Of a DNA stretch of 24,058 nt, positions 16,621-24,058 are shown one piece after another. Position 1 is the first letter of the stretch. The number at the start of each line of letters is the position of its first letter. The DNA is from Fusobacteriota bacterium (GTDB lineage Bacteria > Fusobacteriota > Fusobacteriia > Fusobacteriales > JBNJFI01): contig JBNJFI010000026.1 in the NCBI GenBank assembly GCA_051746725.1, positions 1-24,058 on the forward strand. Direction: 5' to 3'. A model generated the notes under the pieces. It saw only the letters and a list, made by a program, of their open reading frames with translations. It did no database searches and had not been told where the DNA came from. Both the position numbers and the translations under genes were made by a program.

Positions 16621-17469
16621 ATGGAACAGTATATAATACAAATTGCAATATTTATTGCAATAAATATAATATTAGCAACTAGTTTAAACTTAATAAATGG
16701 AATAACAGGGCAATTTTCTTTAGGTCATGCTGGTTTTATGGGAGTTGGAGCATATGTTTCGGCAATTTTGGCTAAAACCCAGGGTTTACCCATTTTAGCA
16801 ACAATACTTCTAGGAGCGTTTATAGCAGGAATAGTGGGAGTATTTATAGGTTTTCCAGTTCTTAGACTAAAAGGAGATTATTTAGCCATTGTAACTTTAG
16901 GTTTTGGAGAAATTATAAGAGTAATATTTTTAAATATGGAGATAACTGGAGGAGCTAGAGGATTACCAGGGATACCAGGAGATGTAAATCTATTGGTAAG
17001 TTACTTTTTTGCATTTGTAACAGTAATAGTAATTTTAAATATAATGCATTCCAGTGATGGGCGAGCTTTTTTGGCTATACGAGAAGATGAAATAGCCGCC
17101 GAAGCCATGGGTGTAAATATAACACGGTATAAAGTTTTAGCATTTGCAATAGGAGCCTTTTTTGCAGGAATTGCTGGTGGCCTATATGCACACTTTTTTG
17201 GATTTTTAAAGCCAGATAGTTTCAATATATATAAAACAGTAGATATATTACTTATGGTTGTTTTAGGAGGAATGGGAAGTATAACAGGTTCAGTTATTGC
17301 AGCAATTATTTTGACAATAATACCAGAGTTATTAAGAGGATTTGCTGAATATAGAATGGTTGTATATTCACTTGCTCTTATAATACTTATGATATCTAGA
17401 CCAAATGGAATATTTGGTAAAAAAGAACTTACAGATATAATTTCATTTGGGAAACGAGGTGCCAAATGA
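16621..17469 (+). CDS. livM: Branched-chain amino acid ABC transporter permease
   Basis: GQFSLGHAGFMGVGAY, LRLKGDYLAIVTLGFGEI, AIREDEIAA, VVLGGMGS. Confidence 0.95.
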   Translation: MEQYIIQIAIFIAINIILATSLNLINGITGQFSLGHAGFMGVGAYVSAILAKTQGLPILATILLGAFIAGIVGVFIGFPVLRLKGDYLAIVTLGFGEIIRVIFLNMEITGGARGLPGIPGDVNLLVSYFFAFVTVIVILNIMHSSDGRAFLAIREDEIAAEAMGVNITRYKVLAFAIGAFFAGIAGGLYAHFFGFLKPDSFNIYKTVDILLMVVLGGMGSITGSVIAAIILTIIPELLRGFAEYRMVVYSLALIILMISRPNGIFGKKELTDIISFGKRGAK

Positions 17470-18227
17470 TTTTAAAAGTAGATGAATTAACAAAGGATTT
17501 TGGTGGTTTAAGAGCTGTTGATAATTTTGAAATAAATATAAAAAATAGAGAATTAGTAGGATTGATTGGTCCAAATGGAGCAGGAAAAACTACAATATTT
17601 AATATGTTAACCGGAGTATACAAACCAACAAAGGGTTGTATAAAATTATTAGGTGATAATATAACAGGTCAAACTCCTTCATATATTGCAGAAGAAGGTA
17701 TAGCCCGAACCTTTCAAAATATACGTTTATTTAAAGATTTAACGGTATTGCAAAATGTATTGGTAGCAAAACACTTTGATGTAGAGTATGGTTTATTTGG
17801 AGGGATTTTTAAAAGTAAGTTATATAGAAAAGAAGAAATTAGAATAAAAAGAGAAGCTGAAGAATTATTAGATAGATTTGGATTACAAAACAAGATGCAT
17901 CTTCCAGCAAAAAGTTTACCTTATGGGGAACAACGAAAATTGGAGATAGTACGGGCTTTGGCTACTAAACCTGAGCTTTTATTATTAGATGAGCCAGCTG
18001 CAGGGATGAATCCTCAAGAAACTCAAAGATTAATGGGATTAATAAAGGATATAAGAGATGATTTTAAGATTTCGGTTTTACTTATAGAGCATGATATGAA
18101 ATTTGTAATGGGACTATGTGAAAGACTTGTAGTTTTAGATTATGGAAAGATAATAGCAACAGGGAAACCTCAGGATGTTAAAAATAACAAAAAAGTTATA
18201 GAGGCATATCTTGGAGAGACAGAATAA
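17466..18227 (+). CDS. livG: Branched-chain amino acid ABC transporter ATP-binding protein
   Basis: FGGLRAV, GPNGAGKTT, RTFQNIRLF, LPYGEQRKLEI, LLLDEPAAGMN, IEHDM. Confidence 0.95.
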   Translation: MILKVDELTKDFGGLRAVDNFEINIKNRELVGLIGPNGAGKTTIFNMLTGVYKPTKGCIKLLGDNITGQTPSYIAEEGIARTFQNIRLFKDLTVLQNVLVAKHFDVEYGLFGGIFKSKLYRKEEIRIKREAEELLDRFGLQNKMHLPAKSLPYGEQRKLEIVRALATKPELLLLDEPAAGMNPQETQRLMGLIKDIRDDFKISVLLIEHDMKFVMGLCERLVVLDYGKIIATGKPQDVKNNKKVIEAYLGETE

Positions 18228-18260
18228 AAGCTATAGGTTAGATTTTAGAATGGAGGTAAA

Positions 18261-18965
18261 ATGTTAAAAGTAGAAGACTTACATGTATATTATGGAAATA
18301 TACATGCATTAAAAGGTGTTGATTTAGAGATAAATGAAGGAGAAATTGTAAGTTTAATAGGTGCTAATGGAGCAGGTAAAACAACAACTCTACAAGCAAT
18401 TTCTAAACTTCTAGATATAAAAGTAGGAAATATAGAATTTTTAGGGGACAATATCGTGGATCTTAAAGCTACTGATATAGTCAAAAAAGGGTTAATTCAA
18501 GTCCCAGAGGGAAGAAGAGTTTTTTCTACAATGTCTGTTATGGAAAATTTGGAAATGGGAGCGTATTTAAGAACTGATAAACAAGAGATTAAAAAGGATT
18601 TAGAAAATGTGTTCAATATATTTCCTAGATTGTATGAACGGAAAAATCAACTGTCTGGGACTTTAAGTGGAGGAGAACAACAAATGCTTGCAATGGGAAG
18701 AGCTCTTATGTCAAGCCCCAAATTATTACTTTTAGATGAACCATCAATGGGACTGGCTCCTTTATTAATTAGAGATATTTTTGATATAATAAAAAAAATA
18801 AATAAGGAAAAAGGAATAACTATTTTACTAGTAGAACAAAATGCTCATATGGCTCTTAAAATTGCAGATAGAGCATATGTTATAGAAACAGGAAAAGTTG
18901 TAATGAATGGAACGGCTAAAGAGATCAGAGAAGATGAAAGTGTTCGAGAAGCTTATTTGGGTTAA
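18261..18965 (+). CDS. livF: Branched-chain amino acid ABC transporter ATP-binding protein
   Basis: GANGAGKTT, VPEGRRVF, LSGGEQQMLA, DEPSMGLAP, LVEQNA, AYLG. Confidence 0.95.
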   Translation: MLKVEDLHVYYGNIHALKGVDLEINEGEIVSLIGANGAGKTTTLQAISKLLDIKVGNIEFLGDNIVDLKATDIVKKGLIQVPEGRRVFSTMSVMENLEMGAYLRTDKQEIKKDLENVFNIFPRLYERKNQLSGTLSGGEQQMLAMGRALMSSPKLLLLDEPSMGLAPLLIRDIFDIIKKINKEKGITILLVEQNAHMALKIADRAYVIETGKVVMNGTAKEIREDESVREAYLG

Positions 18966-19041
18966 AATAAATTAAGAGTTGATCAAGAAGTAATGATATA
19001 TAAGTATTTGAAAAAATTAATTTTTTGTATTTAGATTACAT

Positions 19042-19074
19042 AAAAAGTGAGAATTTAATAATTCTCACTTTTTT
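19042..19074. terminator. Bidirectional rho-independent terminator
   Basis: AAAAAGTGAGAATT-TAAT-AATTCTCACTTTTT between convergent genes. Confidence 0.85.
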
Positions 19075-19726
19075 AGCCTTTAAAATCGTAATTAGGTTTT
19101 TGAAGAAGGTTTTCTTTGGCTGATATTTCTTGTTTTTTCATAATATCAGAAATTGTCTGTTGGATCTTTTTTGATACCTCAAGTAATCTATTTTGAAAAT
19201 TATTAGTCTTTTCAGTTTTTAAATTTTTTGGATCAGTATTTTCAACTTTTTGAAAGTCGGGTTGTACTTGGGTTTGAAACCAATTATCTAATTTTTCAAG
19301 TGAACGACTAAATGTTTGTTCTGATAATACTGAAACTTCGGAAGGAAGATCATCTATACTGCTAGTGGCATTTCCATATGCTGCGGCTATAGAATTTTTA
19401 GCCATAACATAAAATGTATGTAGCGTAGTAGCGTCTTCTTTTCCAATATTTGAAGACTTATAATTTTCAAAAATATTTTTTACAAAATTGACAATATCAT
19501 CTGAAATGGTTTCAATTCCAATATTTGAAGGATTAGTATTAATATCTACCTTTTTTGCAATTTGTTTTACTTTTTTGGATTTATTATATCCATTGGAAAT
19601 TTCAACCTCATCTTTTTTCATTAAAGGGTGAGATTTTTCTTTTTGAGCTTGAGTATTGGAAACTGAATTTTGTTCATTGTCAATTTGCATATTTACCTGA
19701 GAATTGGTAATATTTATATCAGACAT
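19073..19726 (-). CDS. Hypothetical protein, DUF5610-like
   Basis: ATG 19726 after GGAGGTG (preferred to 19747); TISDDIVNFV...IAAAYGNA...L...SEQTF....KLDNW resembles DUF5610 as recalled; S/N/Q-rich N-terminus with DEVEIS. Confidence 0.6.
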   Translation of the reverse strand: MSDINITNSQVNMQIDNEQNSVSNTQAQKEKSHPLMKKDEVEISNGYNKSKKVKQIAKKVDINTNPSNIGIETISDDIVNFVKNIFENYKSSNIGKEDATTLHTFYVMAKNSIAAAYGNATSSIDDLPSEVSVLSEQTFSRSLEKLDNWFQTQVQPDFQKVENTDPKNLKTEKTNNFQNRLLEVSKKIQQTISDIMKKQEISAKENLLQKPNYDFKG

Positions 19727-19799
19727 GATAATCACCTCCTTAGACATATTATCGGTGATTATGAAGAAATGATAAATAAAATTTTTAAAAGGAGAATTT

Positions 19800-20537
19800 A
19801 TGAAAAAAAATATAAAATTAATTTTTGAATATGATGGAAGCGGATATTTTGGATTTCAACGACAACCAGATAAAAAAACGGTCCAAGGCGAAATTGAAAA
19901 AGCTATAAAAGTATGCCTTAAAGAAAAAATCAATTTACTATCTTCTGGGAGAACGGATAGAGGAGTACATGCAACCAAACAGGTATCAAATTTTAAAATA
20001 GATACTGGAGTTCCAATTAATAAATTAAAAATGATATTAAATAGAGTATTACCAAGAGATATTAGAATAAAAAAAGTAGAACAGGTAGATCTAGAATTTC
20101 ATTCTAGATATTTAGCAAAGGAACGAGGATATAAATATATCTTAAAAGAGGAAAAAAATTATAATATTTATGAACAACGTTATACTCATTATGTAAAAGA
20201 CGAAATAAATCCTACAAAATTTTTAGAAATTATAAAACCTTTAGAAGGCTATCATAATTTTTCAAGTTTTAAACGAAATGATAACCAAGATAAAAATCCA
20301 TACAGAACAATAACTATGATTGATTTTTATAAAAAACAAGATAAATATACTTTACATATAAAGGGAAAATCTTTTTTGAAATCAATGATAAGAATTATAG
20401 TAGGATCTGCATTGGAAGTTTATTTTGGCAAAAAAGATAAGAATTATATTATAGATAAACTTAAAAGTCCTGATCCTCATGGTGGGAAAATAGTTGCTCC
20501 TCCAAATGGTTTATTTTTGACAGATGTGGATTATTAG
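19800..20537 (+). CDS. truA: tRNA pseudouridine(38-40) synthase
   Basis: EYDGS.YFGFQRQ, SGRTDRGVHA (catalytic Asp), FLKSMIRIIVG, APPNGLFL. Confidence 0.97.
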   Translation: MKKNIKLIFEYDGSGYFGFQRQPDKKTVQGEIEKAIKVCLKEKINLLSSGRTDRGVHATKQVSNFKIDTGVPINKLKMILNRVLPRDIRIKKVEQVDLEFHSRYLAKERGYKYILKEEKNYNIYEQRYTHYVKDEINPTKFLEIIKPLEGYHNFSSFKRNDNQDKNPYRTITMIDFYKKQDKYTLHIKGKSFLKSMIRIIVGSALEVYFGKKDKNYIIDKLKSPDPHGGKIVAPPNGLFLTDVDY

Positions 20538-20627
20538 GAGGTGATGTGGAAAACTCGGTGCACAAGTGCAAAACCCTGTGTAAATCAAGGGTTAGTTAGT
20601 GGATAAAAAAGTTGAAAAGGAGAAAAG

Positions 20628-21077
20628 ATGTTAAAAGTTTATGAAGCGAATCCTGAAAGCAAAAAAGATGTACAGGCTATAAAGTCAATAGAATCAGAGG
20701 CTTTCGGCGAAGGTGGGATAGATGAATGGGTTATTTTACCGATAATTCGATGTGGAAAAGTTTATCTTCTCAAAAAAGATGATGAGACCATTGGAATTGC
20801 TGAAATCATAAAAAAATGGGAAAAAAATGCAATTTATATCTATAGTATTGCATTAAAATTGAACTTTTGTGGAAAAGGCTATGGCACTTTTTTTTTAGAT
20901 GAGATTTTAAAACGCTTAAAATCAGAAAATATTAAGAAAGTTTATCTGACAGTTAGTCCAGATAATATTCGAGCTATAAAATTATATGAAAAGTTTGGAT
21001 TCAAAAAAGGAAAATTTTTAAAAGATGAATATGGACCAGGAAAAGATAGGATTTATATGAAAAAGATTTTGAAATAA
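20628..21077 (+). CDS. GNAT family N-acetyltransferase (RimI-like)
   Basis: FCGKGYG acetyl-CoA motif, LTVSPDNIRAIKLYEKFGF. Confidence 0.9.
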   Translation: MLKVYEANPESKKDVQAIKSIESEAFGEGGIDEWVILPIIRCGKVYLLKKDDETIGIAEIIKKWEKNAIYIYSIALKLNFCGKGYGTFFLDEILKRLKSENIKKVYLTVSPDNIRAIKLYEKFGFKKGKFLKDEYGPGKDRIYMKKILK

Positions 21078-21103
21078 TAAACTTAATTTAAATAGGGGGA
21101 TTT

Positions 21104-21763
21104 ATGAAAATTTTAATAATAGAAGATGATAAAATATTATCTATACAGTTAGAAGAAGTATTGATCGATAAAGGACATAAGGTATCATTTTTTGAATCCG
21201 GTATAGATGGATTTGAGTTTATAATAAAAGAAAAGCCAGATTTGATAATATTAGATTTAGGTTTGCCAGATTTAAATGGAGAGGATATATGTCATAAAAT
21301 ATGTAAGGATATTCCAGTTATAATTATCTCAGGATTTTCAGATCCCGAAAAAAAACAAAGATGTTATTCAAAGGGATGTATAGATTATATTGAAAAACCT
21401 ATAAAGTTAAAAAATTTTGCAAATAAAATAACTAATTTAGAAAATTTTATAAATAGAAACTCTCAAAACAATATAAAATATAAAAACTTAATTATAAATT
21501 TGGAAGAGCAGAAAGTGGAAAATGAAAGTGGTATAATTTCTTTGACATTTACCGAATATAGTCTTTTAACTTTTTTGATAGAAAAACAGGGTCGTGTGTT
21601 AACTAGGGAGAATATACTTAAAAACATTTGGAAAGATAATTATTTAGAAGTCAATGATAGAGTTGTGGATAAAACTATACATAGATTAAAAAATAAAGTA
21701 ATGGAGATAGAAGAAAACTTAGAATCGAAAAGAGGTATAGGATATAAGTTAATTAAAGACTGA
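21104..21763 (+). CDS. OmpR/PhoB family two-component response regulator (no adjacent kinase)
   Basis: KILIIEDD, DLIILDLGLPD, DYIEKP, LTFTEY.LL, RVVDKTIHRLKNK, RGIGYK. Confidence 0.93.
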   Translation: MKILIIEDDKILSIQLEEVLIDKGHKVSFFESGIDGFEFIIKEKPDLIILDLGLPDLNGEDICHKICKDIPVIIISGFSDPEKKQRCYSKGCIDYIEKPIKLKNFANKITNLENFINRNSQNNIKYKNLIINLEEQKVENESGIISLTFTEYSLLTFLIEKQGRVLTRENILKNIWKDNYLEVNDRVVDKTIHRLKNKVMEIEENLESKRGIGYKLIKD

Positions 21764-21774
21764 ATATCTCAAAG

Positions 21775-21819
21775 TTGAGATATTATTGAGATTCTAGGGA
21801 GATACTCTTTTAGTATAAT
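21775..21819 (+). promoter_or_regulatory. Three 11-bp phased GAGAT repeats upstream of a TATAAT box
   Basis: TTGAGATATTA / TTGAGATTCTA / GGGAGATACTC (21775-21807); TATAAT 21814-21819; no consensus -35. Confidence 0.55.
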
Positions 21820-21846
21820 ATATATAAATATACTAGGAGGATTTAG

Positions 21847-23838
21847 ATGAAAAACTTAAGTAAGGTAATTGAGATAATTGAAGATGAATGTGTTAATTGT
21901 CACTCTTGTATTACAGCTTGTCCAGTAAAATACTGTAATGATGGAAGTGGTGAAACTATAAAGATAAACGATAATTTATGTATTGGATGTGGAAATTGCA
22001 TTGAAGCTTGTACCCATGGAGCAAGGGTTCATAAAGATGATTTCGAAGAGTTTATGCATGGATTAAATGGTGGTGAAAAAATGGTTGCAATAGTTGCTCC
22101 TGCAGTAGCTGCAAATTTTCCCAATCATTATAGAAATATAAATGGATGGCTAAAAAATATAGGAGTTGAAGCCATTTTCGACGTAAGTTTTGGAGCTGAA
22201 TTGACAGTGAAATCTTATTTGGAACATATAAAAAATAATGATGTAGATACAGTTATATCTCAGCCATGTCCAGCAATAGTTAGTTATATTCAAATATATC
22301 AACCTGAGTTAATCGATTATTTAGCCCCGGCAGATAGTCCTATGTTACATACTGTAAAAATGATAAAAGAATTTTACAGTGAATATTCTGATCATAAAGT
22401 TGTAGTTATATCGCCTTGTCTAGCCAAAAAGAGAGAATTTGATGAAACTAATCATGGCGATTATAATGTTACTTATAAATCAATTGACAATTATTTTAAG
22501 GAAAATAATCGAAACTTAAAACATTATCCAGAAATTGAATTTGATAATCCTCCAGCTGAAAGAGCAGTTTTATTCTCCTCTCCAGGCGGTTTAATGCGAA
22601 CTGCTGAAAGAGAGTTGCCTGGAATTATAAATCAAACTCGGAAAATTGAGGGAGTAGATCATATATATGATTATTTAGAAACATTACCAGAAATGATAAA
22701 CAAAGGATATTCACCTTTATTAGTTGATTGTCTAAATTGTTCAATGGGATGTAATGGTGGTCCTGGAACTTTAAATCAAAATAAATCAATTGATGAACTA
22801 GAATATCATATTGAAAATCGAAATAAAGATATGAGGGAAGAACATAAAAATAATAAAGGTTTATTTACAACTACAGAGAAACAACTAAAAAAATTATTAG
22901 AGGAATATTGGAAAGAAAATCTATATGATAGAAGTTATCAAAACTTAGGAGATAATTTCGATTTGACTATTCCTGATAAAAGCGAAATTAGCAAAATTTA
23001 TTTGGAAATGGAAAAATATGAAGATAAAGATATATTGAATTGTGATTCATGTGGGTATGGAGAGTGTGAAAAAATGGCGATTGCTATACATAATGGATTA
23101 AACAGAGTGGAAAATTGTTTTCATTATGAACATATCCAGATAAATAAGATGAATAAGGTGGCAGAAGAAAATATAAAAATTTCTAAAAATGCATCTGATA
23201 TTGCTTTGAAATCTCTAGATCAAAGTAAAAAACATCTGAAAAAATCTGCAAACTTGTCCGATTACTTTGAAGGAGCAATAGATCAAGTTGTAAATGCAAA
23301 TGAAGGTGTAACTGAAAAAATGGAAGAAAATGTAGAAAATTTATTTACTTCTCAAAAAAGGATGGAAGAATTAAAAAATATATCTAATAATTCTGTTAAA
23401 GAAATAAAAAAATTAAAAGACATAGTTGATGCTATAAATTCAATTGCAGAAAGGACAAATCTATTAGCTTTGAATGCCGCAATTGAAGCAGCTAGGGCAG
23501 GAGAATCTGGAAAAGGATTTGAAGTAGTAGCAGAGGAAGTAAGAAAACTAGCGGAAAGATCGATGGAAGAAGTTGGAAAAATAGAACCATTTTCAAAAGA
23601 TTTGCAAGAAAAGTTTGGTATAATTAAAAAAGGAGTAGATACGGCTCATAAATCTTTTCATAGTAATATGGCTTCTTCTCAAGAAATATTAGCTTCAACA
23701 GAAGAAATATCTTCATCAGTTGAAGAAATAAATGGAGAAGTAGGTAAATTATCAGAAGAGAATTCTGAATTCTTGAATTCATTAACCCATGTGGATAAAA
23801 AAATAGAAAAATTAAATAAAAAGATTAATCAAAAATAA
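21847..23838 (+). CDS. Soluble chemoreceptor: 2[4Fe-4S] ferredoxin, [FeFe]-hydrogenase-like domain, FeS domain and MCP signalling domain (group C sensory hydrogenase)
   Basis: [24 protein letters not shown]-cluster-like motifs [73 protein letters not shown]; no TM segment. Confidence 0.92.
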   Translation: MKNLSKVIEIIEDECVNCHSCITACPVKYCNDGSGETIKINDNLCIGCGNCIEACTHGARVHKDDFEEFMHGLNGGEKMVAIVAPAVAANFPNHYRNINGWLKNIGVEAIFDVSFGAELTVKSYLEHIKNNDVDTVISQPCPAIVSYIQIYQPELIDYLAPADSPMLHTVKMIKEFYSEYSDHKVVVISPCLAKKREFDETNHGDYNVTYKSIDNYFKENNRNLKHYPEIEFDNPPAERAVLFSSPGGLMRTAERELPGIINQTRKIEGVDHIYDYLETLPEMINKGYSPLLVDCLNCSMGCNGGPGTLNQNKSIDELEYHIENRNKDMREEHKNNKGLFTTTEKQLKKLLEEYWKENLYDRSYQNLGDNFDLTIPDKSEISKIYLEMEKYEDKDILNCDSCGYGECEKMAIAIHNGLNRVENCFHYEHIQINKMNKVAEENIKISKNASDIALKSLDQSKKHLKKSANLSDYFEGAIDQVVNANEGVTEKMEENVENLFTSQKRMEELKNISNNSVKEIKKLKDIVDAINSIAERTNLLALNAAIEAARAGESGKGFEVVAEEVRKLAERSMEEVGKIEPFSKDLQEKFGIIKKGVDTAHKSFHSNMASSQEILASTEEISSSVEEINGEVGKLSEENSEFLNSLTHVDKKIEKLNKKINQK

Positions 23839-23857
23839 AATTAAACCTGTAAGTAAA

Positions 23858-23892
23858 AAAAGACTCCAAGAATAAAATTCTTGAAGTCTTTT
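23858..23892. terminator. Bidirectional rho-independent terminator
   Basis: AAAAGACTCCAAGAAT-AAA-ATTCTTGAAGTCTTTT. Confidence 0.75.
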
Positions 23893-23907
23893 ACTCTGTA
23901 TATATGA

Positions 23908-24057
23908 CTAATGTTTTTTGATCTTTTTATTTGTAGTCTCGTTATGTTTATCTAAATGCAAATGATGTTTATAAGCTGCTGTGGCAAATCTTTCAAGAAT
24001 ATTTTTTAAATCAGAGTTTTCAAAAACTTTTTTGACATCATCTTTTTCTAATAAAGC
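23908..24057 (-). CDS. 3' end of an unidentified CDS running off the window
   Basis: Open frame ...ALLEKDDVKKVFENSDLKNILERFATAAYKHHLHLDKHNETTNKKIKKH* ending at the shared terminator. Confidence 0.6.
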   Translation of the reverse strand, partial: ALLEKDDVKKVFENSDLKNILERFATAAYKHHLHLDKHNETTNKKIKKH

Positions 24058-24058
24058 A

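Noticed and set aside
8044..18484. Short minus-strand ORFs (8044-8316, 9363-9599, 11328-11552, 12858-13211, 13740-13922, 14257-14484, 14524-14754, 17001-17465, 17429-17623, 18290-18484)
   Set aside because: Overlap real plus-strand genes or promoters; F/L/I/S-rich composition typical of reverse-complemented AT-rich coding DNA

Overview
AT-rich window from what appears to be an anaerobic, chemotactic, diderm bacterium (inferred from a LolA-like protein, a putative outer-membrane protein and a chemoreceptor; taxonomy cannot be fixed from the sequence alone). From left to right it contains: (i) a 254-bp MITE-like element with 17-bp terminal inverted repeats and a REP-doublet core, lying between a sigma70 promoter and a truncated gene; (ii) a minus-strand operon (TetR regulator, LolD-like ATPase, two LolC/E-like permeases, LolA-like protein, putative outer-membrane protein) with a near-consensus promoter and two tandem palindromic operators; (iii) a frameshifted DUF116-like gene; (iv) an accessory island (~7.6-14.1 kb) with a second copy of the REP-doublet, a decaying tandem array of membrane-anchored TPR paralogues (two intact, one pseudogene, one 20-codon relic), repeated gene stubs, an orphan RTX/T1SS-like C-terminal fragment, and an LRR+ankyrin lipoprotein; (v) a livKHMGF-type ABC transporter whose binding protein has an unusual C-terminal membrane anchor; (vi) a DUF5610-like gene, truA, a GNAT acetyltransferase, an orphan OmpR-family regulator, and a soluble [FeFe]-hydrogenase-like/MCP fusion (putative H2 chemoreceptor) whose promoter carries 11-bp phased repeats. 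No rRNA, tRNA, CRISPR array, transposase or reverse transcriptase was seen. Family assignments are from motif recognition only; no searches were run.
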